NCBI GenBank assembly: GCA_030037215.1
Contig: JASHRS010000185.1
Coordinates: 3,947-67,946 of the forward strand
Source of the DNA: Silvibacterium sp.
GTDB taxonomy: Bacteria > Acidobacteriota > Terriglobia > Terriglobales > Acidobacteriaceae
DNA length: 64,000 nucleotides
Direction of reading: 5' to 3'
Below are positions 1-9,551 of this stretch, one piece after another. The translations under genes and the position numbers were made by a program. How positions within the stretch are numbered: the first letter of the stretch is position 1; each line of letters begins with the position of its first letter. Under the pieces are notes generated by a model. It did not search any database. It was not told the DNA's origin and was given only the letters and a program-made list of their open reading frames with translations.

Positions 1-381
1 CGTGGGGTGTGGACCATAGGCTATGGCCACACTGCGGGTGTCTATCCTGGCCAGACCATCACACAGGATCAGGCCGTCGCTTTCCTCATAAGCGACGTTG
101 CTGCGGCTGTCGCTTGCGTAAATAACGCTGTTACCGTCCCCCTCACGCAATCTCAGTTTGACGCTCTCGTCGACTTCACTTTTAACCTCGGCACCGGCAG
201 CTTCCTCGGCTCAACGCTTCTCAAAGACATTAACGCCGGCGACTTCCCTGATGCCGTCGCTCAATTTGACCTCTGGGACCACTGCGGAGGCGTCGTCAAC
301 GCTGGACTGCTTCGCCGTCGCCAGGCCGAAGCCGCCGAATTCAGCGGCCAGCCCACTCCAAATTCCACCACGAGCTCCTGA
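1..381 (+). CDS. GH24 (phage-type) lysozyme, 5'-truncated by window edge
   Basis: Frame open from base 1 (RGVWTIGYGHT); GH24 motifs WTIGYGH, QFDALVDFTFNLG, GLLRRRQAE. Confidence 0.9.
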   Translation, partial: RGVWTIGYGHTAGVYPGQTITQDQAVAFLISDVAAAVACVNNAVTVPLTQSQFDALVDFTFNLGTGSFLGSTLLKDINAGDFPDAVAQFDLWDHCGGVVNAGLLRRRQAEAAEFSGQPTPNSTTSS

Positions 382-391
382 AAACGTGCCT

Positions 392-844
392 ATGTCCGAC
401 CCTCAAGTGCAAGCCGCCGGCGATCTGGTCCTTGATCGTCTCGAAGATCAGATCAACTGGTATGACCGCAAAAGCCAGGCCGCGCAGCGGGCGTTCAAGC
501 GCATCAAGATCGTGGAAATTCTCGCCGCCGCGCTAATTCCTTTTCTTACCGGGCTTAAGTTTCCGCACGTCTCATTGATTGTAGGAGGACTGGGCGTTCT
601 GATCACCATTCTTGAAGGCGTTCTTCACCTGAATCAGTACCAGCAGAATTGGACCACGTACCGCTCTACATGCGAATCACTCAAGCACGAGAAGTATGTT
701 TTTCTCGCCCATGCCGGACCCTATGCCGGAGCTTCCGACCCGCGTGCGCTGCTGGCCGACCGCGTCGAATCACTGGTCTCGCAGGAGCACGCGCAGTGGG
801 CATCGGTTCAGCAGCAGGCCGTCAAACCCTCCGGAGCCCAATAA
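392..844 (+). CDS. DUF4231 / SLATT-superfamily two-TM protein
   Basis: ATG 392, 10 bp after the lysozyme stop; RLEDQINWYDRKS, two hydrophobic helices, then NWTTYRSTCESLKHEKY. Confidence 0.85.
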   Translation: MSDPQVQAAGDLVLDRLEDQINWYDRKSQAAQRAFKRIKIVEILAAALIPFLTGLKFPHVSLIVGGLGVLITILEGVLHLNQYQQNWTTYRSTCESLKHEKYVFLAHAGPYAGASDPRALLADRVESLVSQEHAQWASVQQQAVKPSGAQ

Positions 845-862
845 GGCCGACTGGAACCCGGA

Positions 863-1969
863 TCATTCTGTTCCCTTGGCGCGCAAAAATGAGTACTTGA
901 CCATGTTGTGCTGTTTCTGACCCGACGCATCCTCGAAGGTGTTTTTCACTTCGACCCCAAGAGCTGCGCCGCTGGGAATAATCAGCAATATCGCCTCTCG
1001 CTTTTTCTGCGTCTCCTCCGGAACATTTGCCAGTGACCACAGACCCTCCATCTTGGTTCCGTCGAAGGTCAGAGTTTGCGCGCCCCAGTTGCACTTGTTC
1101 TGCCCGCATGCTCCGAACGGCTCAACCCTGTACTCCGGTCCCGTCCCTGCGATCTTCACTTCCATCAGCGCATCCACACCATTCTTCGTATTCGGATTCG
1201 CCCACGTCCCCACAATCTGATCTGCCGTGACCGCCGGAGTTACTGGTGTCGACGTCCCCTGCGAACTCGACGTGCTTTGCTGGGTGCCCGGATTCGGCGG
1301 CACGCTGACCACGTTTGTGACCGGTTTATGCCACACCATATATCCGACCACAGCCACCACAATGAGCACCGCGGCCGCTACGCCCAGCAGCAAACCCGTT
1401 CGCTTTTTGTCTCCGCCGCTCTGCACGGGCGGCGCTACCGGCGGAGGAAGTTGTGATGGAATCGTCGCATGAACCGGCTGCGACTCGGTCGCTGGCGTAG
1501 CTGTCACATACTGCTTCAAGGCCGCAATCAGCAGCTGTACATCTGAGTTCCATCTCGCGTGCGAAATCTCCACGCTGTTGCGAAAGGCAAGTTCCTTGAT
1601 ATTTTCGGGCAATTGTTCCGGTCTCGGCATCCGCGCATCGTGCACCAACACGGGAATTACGGCGATATTCCGCGCCAGCGCCGAGCCCACCTCGAGCCGC
1701 ACGAAGTCATTCTCGTCATCGAGCCGGCGACCGCCATCCGGATTGGAGGCGGTAACCCAGTTCGACCCGATCACCGTGAGAAAGACGCCGCAGGTGGCCA
1801 CGTTCTCGTCGATAGCCTTGCGAAAGTCCGTCCCCGGCGCTATGCCGGCTACGTCCATAAAGACCGAATCGTCTCCATAGGCCCGCACCAGATCGTCAAA
1901 GAGCCTTCCCGCCTCGCCCTCCGTATCTTCACGGCGGTAACTGATAAAGATCGCGCGCTTCACTGCCAC
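863..1969 (-). CDS. TIR_2 domain protein with single TM helix and C-terminal extracytoplasmic domain
   Basis: IFISYRRED...VFMDV...FVRLEVGSAL...VIPVLV TIR motifs; TM LLLGVAAAVLIVVAVVGYMVW; GTG start (1969 or 1963) after GGAGGG. Confidence 0.9.
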   Translation of the reverse strand: MAVKRAIFISYRREDTEGEAGRLFDDLVRAYGDDSVFMDVAGIAPGTDFRKAIDENVATCGVFLTVIGSNWVTASNPDGGRRLDDENDFVRLEVGSALARNIAVIPVLVHDARMPRPEQLPENIKELAFRNSVEISHARWNSDVQLLIAALKQYVTATPATESQPVHATIPSQLPPPVAPPVQSGGDKKRTGLLLGVAAAVLIVVAVVGYMVWHKPVTNVVSVPPNPGTQQSTSSSQGTSTPVTPAVTADQIVGTWANPNTKNGVDALMEVKIAGTGPEYRVEPFGACGQNKCNWGAQTLTFDGTKMEGLWSLANVPEETQKKREAILLIIPSGAALGVEVKNTFEDASGQKQHNMVKYSFLRAKGTE

Positions 1970-2003
1970 TTTCCCTCCGCGTGGATCGTCTTCCGTCGAG
2001 AAA

Positions 2004-2032
2004 AGAATAGGCGCACTCTTCCCCTTCGGCAA
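2004..2032 (-). promoter_or_regulatory. Putative sigma70 promoter of the TIR gene
   Basis: Minus strand TTGCCG-N17-TATTCT, just upstream of the RBS and GTG. Confidence 0.55.
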
Positions 2033-2058
2033 CATTAATTCGCGCACCTGAATCGGGC

Positions 2059-2091
2059 AAAAAGAGAGGCTGCTGTAACAGCAGCCTCTCT
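2059..2091 (-). terminator. Rho-independent terminator of rpoD
   Basis: Inverted repeat AGAGAGGCTGCTG/CAGCAGCCTCTCT followed by a U tract on the minus strand. Confidence 0.85.
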
Positions 2092-2137
2092 AATCAAATA
2101 ATGTATTGGGGGCACAGCCCGTGTGTCTGGAGCGTCG

Positions 2138-3817
<1,680 letters not shown>

Positions 3818-4117
3818 GCGCGTCTCTCCCCGCGTAAATATTATTCAGACGTAGATACGTCAAGACGTATTCGTCCCCTCGAACGCCGACATGTGGTTCG
3901 GATTCTATCTGCTGCCTGGGTCGGACAAAGTGCGGCGAAGCCATAAATGGCATTATCCCGATTAGGATCGCTTAGCGAATCCATGGGCAATAGGCGCACG
4001 TCCACCAAAGACTTATAGAATATCACGCCAGAATGCTGAAACCACAGCGTCTTTCGACCAGCTTCGGCTGAATTTCAGCCACGGCGTTCCCGATTCTACG
4101 TCCTTCTTCCTTACAAA

Positions 4118-4145
4118 TTAGATGTGGAAAACGGGTTTTTGTTTC
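4118..4145 (-). promoter_or_regulatory. Putative ECF-type promoter upstream of rpoD
   Basis: Minus strand GAAAC-N16-CATCTAA. Confidence 0.4.
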
Positions 4146-4329
4146 ATTCGCCGGACTTAATGGTGCGAAATCAGATATACCAACACCCCGACCACCCCAA
4201 AAGCCCCTAGAATCACTGTCATCAGGAACCCGCCAATCAGAAAATTGGCCATCCGCTCCTGTTCAGGTTTCGGACGTGTGATTCCGAAGACATTGATGAA
4301 GATTTCCGTCAGCCAGGCGAACAGTTTCA

Positions 4330-6099
4330 TTAATCGAGATTCCTCAATCTCATCGCAATCTCATGCACTTTCCGGCTCAGCGCCATAATCTCCTCAACCT
4401 TCCCGGTTCGCTCCGCGTCCTGCAGCGCAGCCCTCACCGCCCGCTGCTCCTGCTCAAGCGACGCTCTCCGCAGTGTCAGAATCGCCGCCTCTACATGGTC
4501 CAGCTCCGGCTCGGCTCCATGCACTGACACCAGAACCCCCGCCAGCGCCTGCCTGTGCGCCTGCTCCAGAGACTCCATCGCATCCGCTCCCGCCTCGCGC
4601 GCCCGCAGCTGCTCCAGAATCTCGTGCACATCCTCTCTCAGGCGGTCAAAATCCGCCTCGTGCTCCAGATACGCCGCCTCCGCCGACTGGTATAGCTCAC
4701 TCTCCTTCGCCGCCGAAAATGCCTGCATCAGAATCTGCTCTGCGCGTGTGAACGGCGCTGCAGCCATGCCGACAGAATCCCGCCGCTTCGCCGCTGCCTC
4801 CTTCAGCTCCGCCCGCACCAGCGCCGAATCAACGCCCAGCTTCTGCGCCGCATCCATCGCAAACTCGTCGCGCGCTATCCGGTTCGGCATCCGTCGGATA
4901 TGTGGCAGCAGATAATTCAGCGCCTTGATCTTCGCCTCCGGAGTCCGCGGGGGAAACATCTGCCGTGCCCGCTCCAGCAGATAATCCTGATGCCGCCGCG
5001 CCCCGCGCAGTACTGTCATGTAAGCCTTTGCGCCCCGCTCACGAACATATTTGTCCGGATCGAGCCCACCCTCCAGTGTCACCACCTTGACCTCAAATCC
5101 CTCTTCCGTCAGCAGCGCAATCGACTTCTCCGCCGCGTTTGCCCCCGCCGTATCCGGATCGAAGTTCACAATCACGCGCGTTGTGTAGCGGCTCAGCAGC
5201 CGCACCTGTGCCTCGGTAAATGCAGTTCCGCTGGTTGCCAGCACGTTCGTAATTCCGGCGAGATATGCCGAGATGCAATCCATCTGCCCCTCAACCAGCA
5301 CCGCAAAATCCGCCTCCCGGATCGCCTGCCGCGCCTTGTCCAGATTGAACAGCACTTGGCCCTTTGTGTAGAGCGCCGTCTCCGGCGAATTGATATATTT
5401 CGGCCCCGCCTTGTCGCCACTCTCCAAAGCCCGCGCCGTAAATGCGATCACGCGTCCGGACTCATTCGTAATCGGAAACGTGATCCGCTTCCGGAACCGG
5501 GCGTACAGCGGACCGGGCTTACCATCCTCCTGCTCCTTCCATGAAAAAAGCCCCGACGCCCGCAGCGTCGCCTCATCTGCCATGCCCTGCAGCCGCTCGC
5601 GAAGCGCGTGGAACGACTCCGGAGCATACCCGATCCGGAACCTCGCAATCCCCTCGTCCGTCATTCCGCGCCCTGCCAGATATTCCCTCGCCAGCGCACC
5701 CTCTGGAGACTTCAGTTGCTGCTCAAACCACGCCGCCGCCGCCTCATGCAGCTCAATCAGCTTGCCGCGCTGGCGGCTCTCCGCCGCTTCTTCCGGAGAA
5801 GAAAACTCTCGTTTCGGCAGTGGAATCCCGCACTTCAGAGCAACGGTCTTCACCGCCTCCGGGAAGCTGACGTTTTCGATCTTCTGAATGAAGGAGAAAA
5901 CATCGCCCGACTGCCCGCACCCGAAGCAGTGGTAGAACTGCCGCCCCGCGTGGACGGAAAACGACGGTGTTTTCTCCGCATGGAACGGACACAACCCGTT
6001 GTAGTTCTGCGCCCCGGCCTTCTTCAGCCGCACAAATTCGCCGATAATCTTCACGATATCGGCCTGCTGCTTCACGGTCTGGGCAAAATTGTCAGCCAC
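4330..6099 (-). CDS. dnaG: DNA primase
   Basis: CHC2 zinc finger CPFH...CFGC, KYINSPET, TOPRIM VEGQMD and FDPDTAG; upstream of rpoD. Confidence 0.98.
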   Translation of the reverse strand: MADNFAQTVKQQADIVKIIGEFVRLKKAGAQNYNGLCPFHAEKTPSFSVHAGRQFYHCFGCGQSGDVFSFIQKIENVSFPEAVKTVALKCGIPLPKREFSSPEEAAESRQRGKLIELHEAAAAWFEQQLKSPEGALAREYLAGRGMTDEGIARFRIGYAPESFHALRERLQGMADEATLRASGLFSWKEQEDGKPGPLYARFRKRITFPITNESGRVIAFTARALESGDKAGPKYINSPETALYTKGQVLFNLDKARQAIREADFAVLVEGQMDCISAYLAGITNVLATSGTAFTEAQVRLLSRYTTRVIVNFDPDTAGANAAEKSIALLTEEGFEVKVVTLEGGLDPDKYVRERGAKAYMTVLRGARRHQDYLLERARQMFPPRTPEAKIKALNYLLPHIRRMPNRIARDEFAMDAAQKLGVDSALVRAELKEAAAKRRDSVGMAAAPFTRAEQILMQAFSAAKESELYQSAEAAYLEHEADFDRLREDVHEILEQLRAREAGADAMESLEQAHRQALAGVLVSVHGAEPELDHVEAAILTLRRASLEQEQRAVRAALQDAERTGKVEEIMALSRKVHEIAMRLRNLD

Positions 6100-6128
6100 G
6101 CTCGAAAAATTCCTGAATCACCGAATCA

Positions 6129-6833
6129 TCATAATCGCCGCACAAAATCCGCCACGATTTCAGCCGTTCGCTCCGGCATCTGCTGAAGGAGGAGGTGAGG
6201 TCCATCCAGAACCAGCGCCTCAATCTCCGGCCTCACCCGCCGAATGTCTTCCAGACATACCCCATTCACCAGACGGTCATGCCGCGCCTGCAAATAGAGC
6301 ATTGGCACCTTGACCGCGCGGAGTTCCGCAAGTGCATTACACCTCAGGACCGCACGGGCTCTCTCCATCAGAACTTTTGGCTTCGCAGACGCCACTGCAT
6401 CCCGCACCCTGGCTGGCAGTGAATTCGGAGCCGTTGACTTGAAAATCATGAAACCGCTAGCAAATTCAGGCACGGGAAGATAGGGCATGATCGGCGTCAG
6501 AAACAGACAGACTGACCGCACCCGGCCTCGGATCGGACTCGTAGCAAACCCAGCGGACAGAACCAGACCCTTCAGATTCACGGGACACGTCGCTGCAAAC
6601 TGAATAGCGAGCGTCGTTGAAAACGACTCCGCCACAATCACATACGGTTCAGAAGCTGGGACGGCTGCGCAAATAAAATCCAGCAGTTGCGGATAAGAAA
6701 GATATACGTCGTTTGGATATCCCACCACCTGCGCTGTAAATTCGCTGGGCAGCGCCTCTGCGAAGTCCGCAAAAAGCTCCCCCGTCCCATACATTCCGGG
6801 AAGAAGTACTAACTTAATCCCTGACGCATCCAT
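6129..6833 (-). CDS. Alpha/beta hydrolase
   Basis: LLPGMYGTG, nucleophile elbow AESFS, C-terminal D...GPH. Confidence 0.8.
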   Translation of the reverse strand: MDASGIKLVLLPGMYGTGELFADFAEALPSEFTAQVVGYPNDVYLSYPQLLDFICAAVPASEPYVIVAESFSTTLAIQFAATCPVNLKGLVLSAGFATSPIRGRVRSVCLFLTPIMPYLPVPEFASGFMIFKSTAPNSLPARVRDAVASAKPKVLMERARAVLRCNALAELRAVKVPMLYLQARHDRLVNGVCLEDIRRVRPEIEALVLDGPHLLLQQMPERTAEIVADFVRRL

Positions 6834-6849
6834 AAACCGTGACGGCTGG

Positions 6850-8328
6850 TTACTTTCGCTTCCACCTCACCCCGTCCTTCGAATCCTCAATCGCAATGCC
6901 CTTTTCCGCCAGCTCATTCCTGATCTGGTCTGCACGCGCAAAGTTCCGTGTCTTTTTCGCTTGCGTCCGCTCGTCCACCAATGCCTGAATCTGTTCGTCG
7001 CTCAATGCATTTTGGGCCAGAACCTCTGCTGACGCCTCGCCCAGCCGGCCTTCGCGCTCCGCCCACTCGAGCGCAAACTTCGTCCACTCCGCGTCATGAT
7101 CCTCAAGCACGGCAAAAACCTTATCGAACTCGCCCAGAGCCGCCAGCACCTGCTTCACGTTCTCAGTGCCTAAATTTCCGGAATCCATCGCCGCATTCCC
7201 CGCGCGTACAAGGTCAAAAATTGCAGCCCGTGCCTCTGCCGTATTCAAGTCGTTCGCCAGTGCGTCGCAAAAACCCTGCCTGCATTTCGCCGTCTCCGCA
7301 GTCAGCGCCGCATTTTCCTCGGCAGTCGCCGTGGCCGCACGCAAGCGTTGCAAAAACGTCCTCAGCCGCTCTACCGCGCCCGTCTCCGCAGCCAATCCAT
7401 CGAATGTGAAGTTCAGTTGCTGCCGGTACGGAACCGAGATCAACAGCATCCGAATCGCCGAGGCTTTATATCCTTTCAGCAGCAGATCGCGAAGAGTATA
7501 AAAATTCCCCTCAGACTTCGACATTTTGCGCCCTTCCACCAGCAGAAACCTCACATGGAACCAGTGCCGGGCGAACGTTGTGTGCGACGCCGACTCCGAC
7601 TGCGCGATCTCGTTCTCGTGGTGTGGAAACATCAGGTCTTCGCCGCCCGCATGCAGATCGAACCCATCGCCCAGATACTCGGTCGCCATCGCCGAGCACT
7701 CAATATGCCAGCCCGGCCGGCCCGGTCCCAGCGTCGTCTGCCAGTGGTACTCACCCGGCTTGGGAGCCTTCCACAAGGCAAAGTCCCGCGCCGAATCCTT
7801 ATCGTACTCATCCACATCCACGCGCGCGCCGTCCTCAATCCCGCTGAAATCCTTCTTCGAAAGCCTCCCGTACTCGGGAAACTTCGCAATCCGGAAATAC
7901 CACGATCCATCCTCTGTCCGGTACGCGCAATCCTGCTCCGCCAGCCGATCGATCAGGGCCACCATCGACGGAATATGCTCCGTCGCCCGCGCTACAATCT
8001 CCGGCTTCTCCACCGCCAGCGCGTCTAAATCCTCAAAAAACGCCTTCTCAAATCGTGGCGTGTATTCGCTAATCGGAACCTCCGCAGCAGCAGCATTGCG
8101 GATGATCTTGTCATCCACGTCCGTAATGTTCATCACATGCTTCGGCGCGATGCCCTCGAGCTTCAGAAACCGTCGCAGCACATCCACCTGCAGAAAAGTG
8201 CGGAAATTCCCGATATGTCCGTAGTCGTACACTGTTGGCCCGCATGCATACATGCGGAACGCCTTGCCGTCTGCGGGGGAAAGTTCTTCGATGCGGCCAG
8301 TAAGAGTATTGAAAAGTCGAATGGTCAT
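6850..8328 (-). CDS. cysS: Cysteine--tRNA ligase
   Basis: CGPTVY, HIGN, GRPGWHIECS, FPHHENE, KMSKS. Confidence 0.98.
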   Translation of the reverse strand: MTIRLFNTLTGRIEELSPADGKAFRMYACGPTVYDYGHIGNFRTFLQVDVLRRFLKLEGIAPKHVMNITDVDDKIIRNAAAAEVPISEYTPRFEKAFFEDLDALAVEKPEIVARATEHIPSMVALIDRLAEQDCAYRTEDGSWYFRIAKFPEYGRLSKKDFSGIEDGARVDVDEYDKDSARDFALWKAPKPGEYHWQTTLGPGRPGWHIECSAMATEYLGDGFDLHAGGEDLMFPHHENEIAQSESASHTTFARHWFHVRFLLVEGRKMSKSEGNFYTLRDLLLKGYKASAIRMLLISVPYRQQLNFTFDGLAAETGAVERLRTFLQRLRAATATAEENAALTAETAKCRQGFCDALANDLNTAEARAAIFDLVRAGNAAMDSGNLGTENVKQVLAALGEFDKVFAVLEDHDAEWTKFALEWAEREGRLGEASAEVLAQNALSDEQIQALVDERTQAKKTRNFARADQIRNELAEKGIAIEDSKDGVRWKRK

Positions 8329-8355
8329 TCGTGCGGCGGGATTCTCAGAATATTC

Positions 8356-9420
8356 CTAAGCCGATTCTATGCTTTTTTGCGGTTTGCGCGGAGCGCGTCC
8401 GAGCCCCTGCGTCCGCGGCTGAAGGGAGCGGCCACGCGAAGCAGTTGCCTGGATGGCTAATCCTTCCCCAATCAGCCGCCCGCGCATCTTCCGCTCCATC
8501 TCCAGCGCCATCTCAAAATGGGCATCTCGCTTCTGCTCAATCTCCGCTGTAACCTTCGCGCCGTTTTCATCGAGATGCTTGTGCGCCTCCTCGTCGAGCA
8601 TCACCCAGTCGTGCCAGGCGCCAATCTCGTCCTGCAGCTTCTTAAGAGCCTTCCCGACCATCCCTGCACGCTCGTCATCACCGCCCTGCTCCGCCATGTA
8701 ACGCGCCTTCTTTGCTCCCTTGCGAAAATCGTGCAGATTTCCCGCGTCCAGCTGCCGCATCTCATATGCCAGCCGCGCAAAGGCATCCAGAGCAGTCTGT
8801 GCCGCGTCGTGCTTACACCGGCGCGCCAGCGGATGTCGCGCAGTTGAATAGGCGACAAAATAGTCCTCCAGTTTTGCCGCCCACTTCGCTGCATTTTTCT
8901 TTAGCCGAACCACCTGATGTTCCCGCTCAACTTTCAAGGCGCCATCCAGCTTGTCTGCCTGCACGGTTATCTCATTGGGCTTTTGCTCTGCCACTGTCTT
9001 ATTTCCCGCTTCCGTCGCCGGAATCATTGCCTTCAGCAGTTTCCGCTGCACATCCAGGTCTCGCACCGGGGCCGCTGCCCTCCGAACCGTTTTCAGCAGG
9101 CGCTCCCACGCGCGCGCAGCCTTCGTCAGTTCATCGCTCCCATCTCCACGATCAAGTCCGGCGTTGCGAAGCTCGGCCTCCAACGCGGCCTCAATCCTTC
9201 GCGTGCCTGTACGCGTGTCATGCACCGCATCCTCGTCTGGATCCACTGCGCAATTCCTCAGATTCTCTTTGAGCGTGTCTGTCAATTTGCGCAAATGAGC
9301 ATCAGGTTCATGCAGGTTGCGACGGCTCGAAGGAGGCACAGTTCTGGCTGGCGTAGTCTCGCCAGACCTTATGCCATTCCGTCCAGCATGCTCATCGGTC
9401 ATCAATTCCACCTGCCCCAT
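8356..9420 (-). CDS. CHAD domain (polyphosphate-binding) protein
   Basis: VHDTRTGTRR, RDLDV, LHDFRKGAKKARY, LQDEIGAWHD. Confidence 0.85.
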   Translation of the reverse strand: MGQVELMTDEHAGRNGIRSGETTPARTVPPSSRRNLHEPDAHLRKLTDTLKENLRNCAVDPDEDAVHDTRTGTRRIEAALEAELRNAGLDRGDGSDELTKAARAWERLLKTVRRAAAPVRDLDVQRKLLKAMIPATEAGNKTVAEQKPNEITVQADKLDGALKVEREHQVVRLKKNAAKWAAKLEDYFVAYSTARHPLARRCKHDAAQTALDAFARLAYEMRQLDAGNLHDFRKGAKKARYMAEQGGDDERAGMVGKALKKLQDEIGAWHDWVMLDEEAHKHLDENGAKVTAEIEQKRDAHFEMALEMERKMRGRLIGEGLAIQATASRGRSLQPRTQGLGRAPRKPQKSIESA

Positions 9421-9551
9421 CGATCCATCCCTGTTCTTTATTGTCTACCGATTGATCTCACAACCGTATTTATACGGTCTTGCGTATCGCTGGACCCGCA
9501 GTCTCACTGGTATTCTGATTCCAATTCAAAAAATCGATTCAAATCACGCTC

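Noticed and set aside
158-391. N-terminal extension of the DUF4231 ORF overlapping the lysozyme
   Set aside because: Low-complexity out-of-frame read of the lysozyme gene; ATG 392 fits the domain start
1-844. Prophage lysis cassette
   Set aside because: No spanin, tail, capsid or integrase genes in the window, and the 2TM gene is DUF4231-like rather than a known holin; cannot be fully excluded because the left flank is unseen
1970-2047. Extended TIR start at 2047
   Set aside because: A promoter-like element and RBS lie inside the extension, favouring GTG 1969/1963
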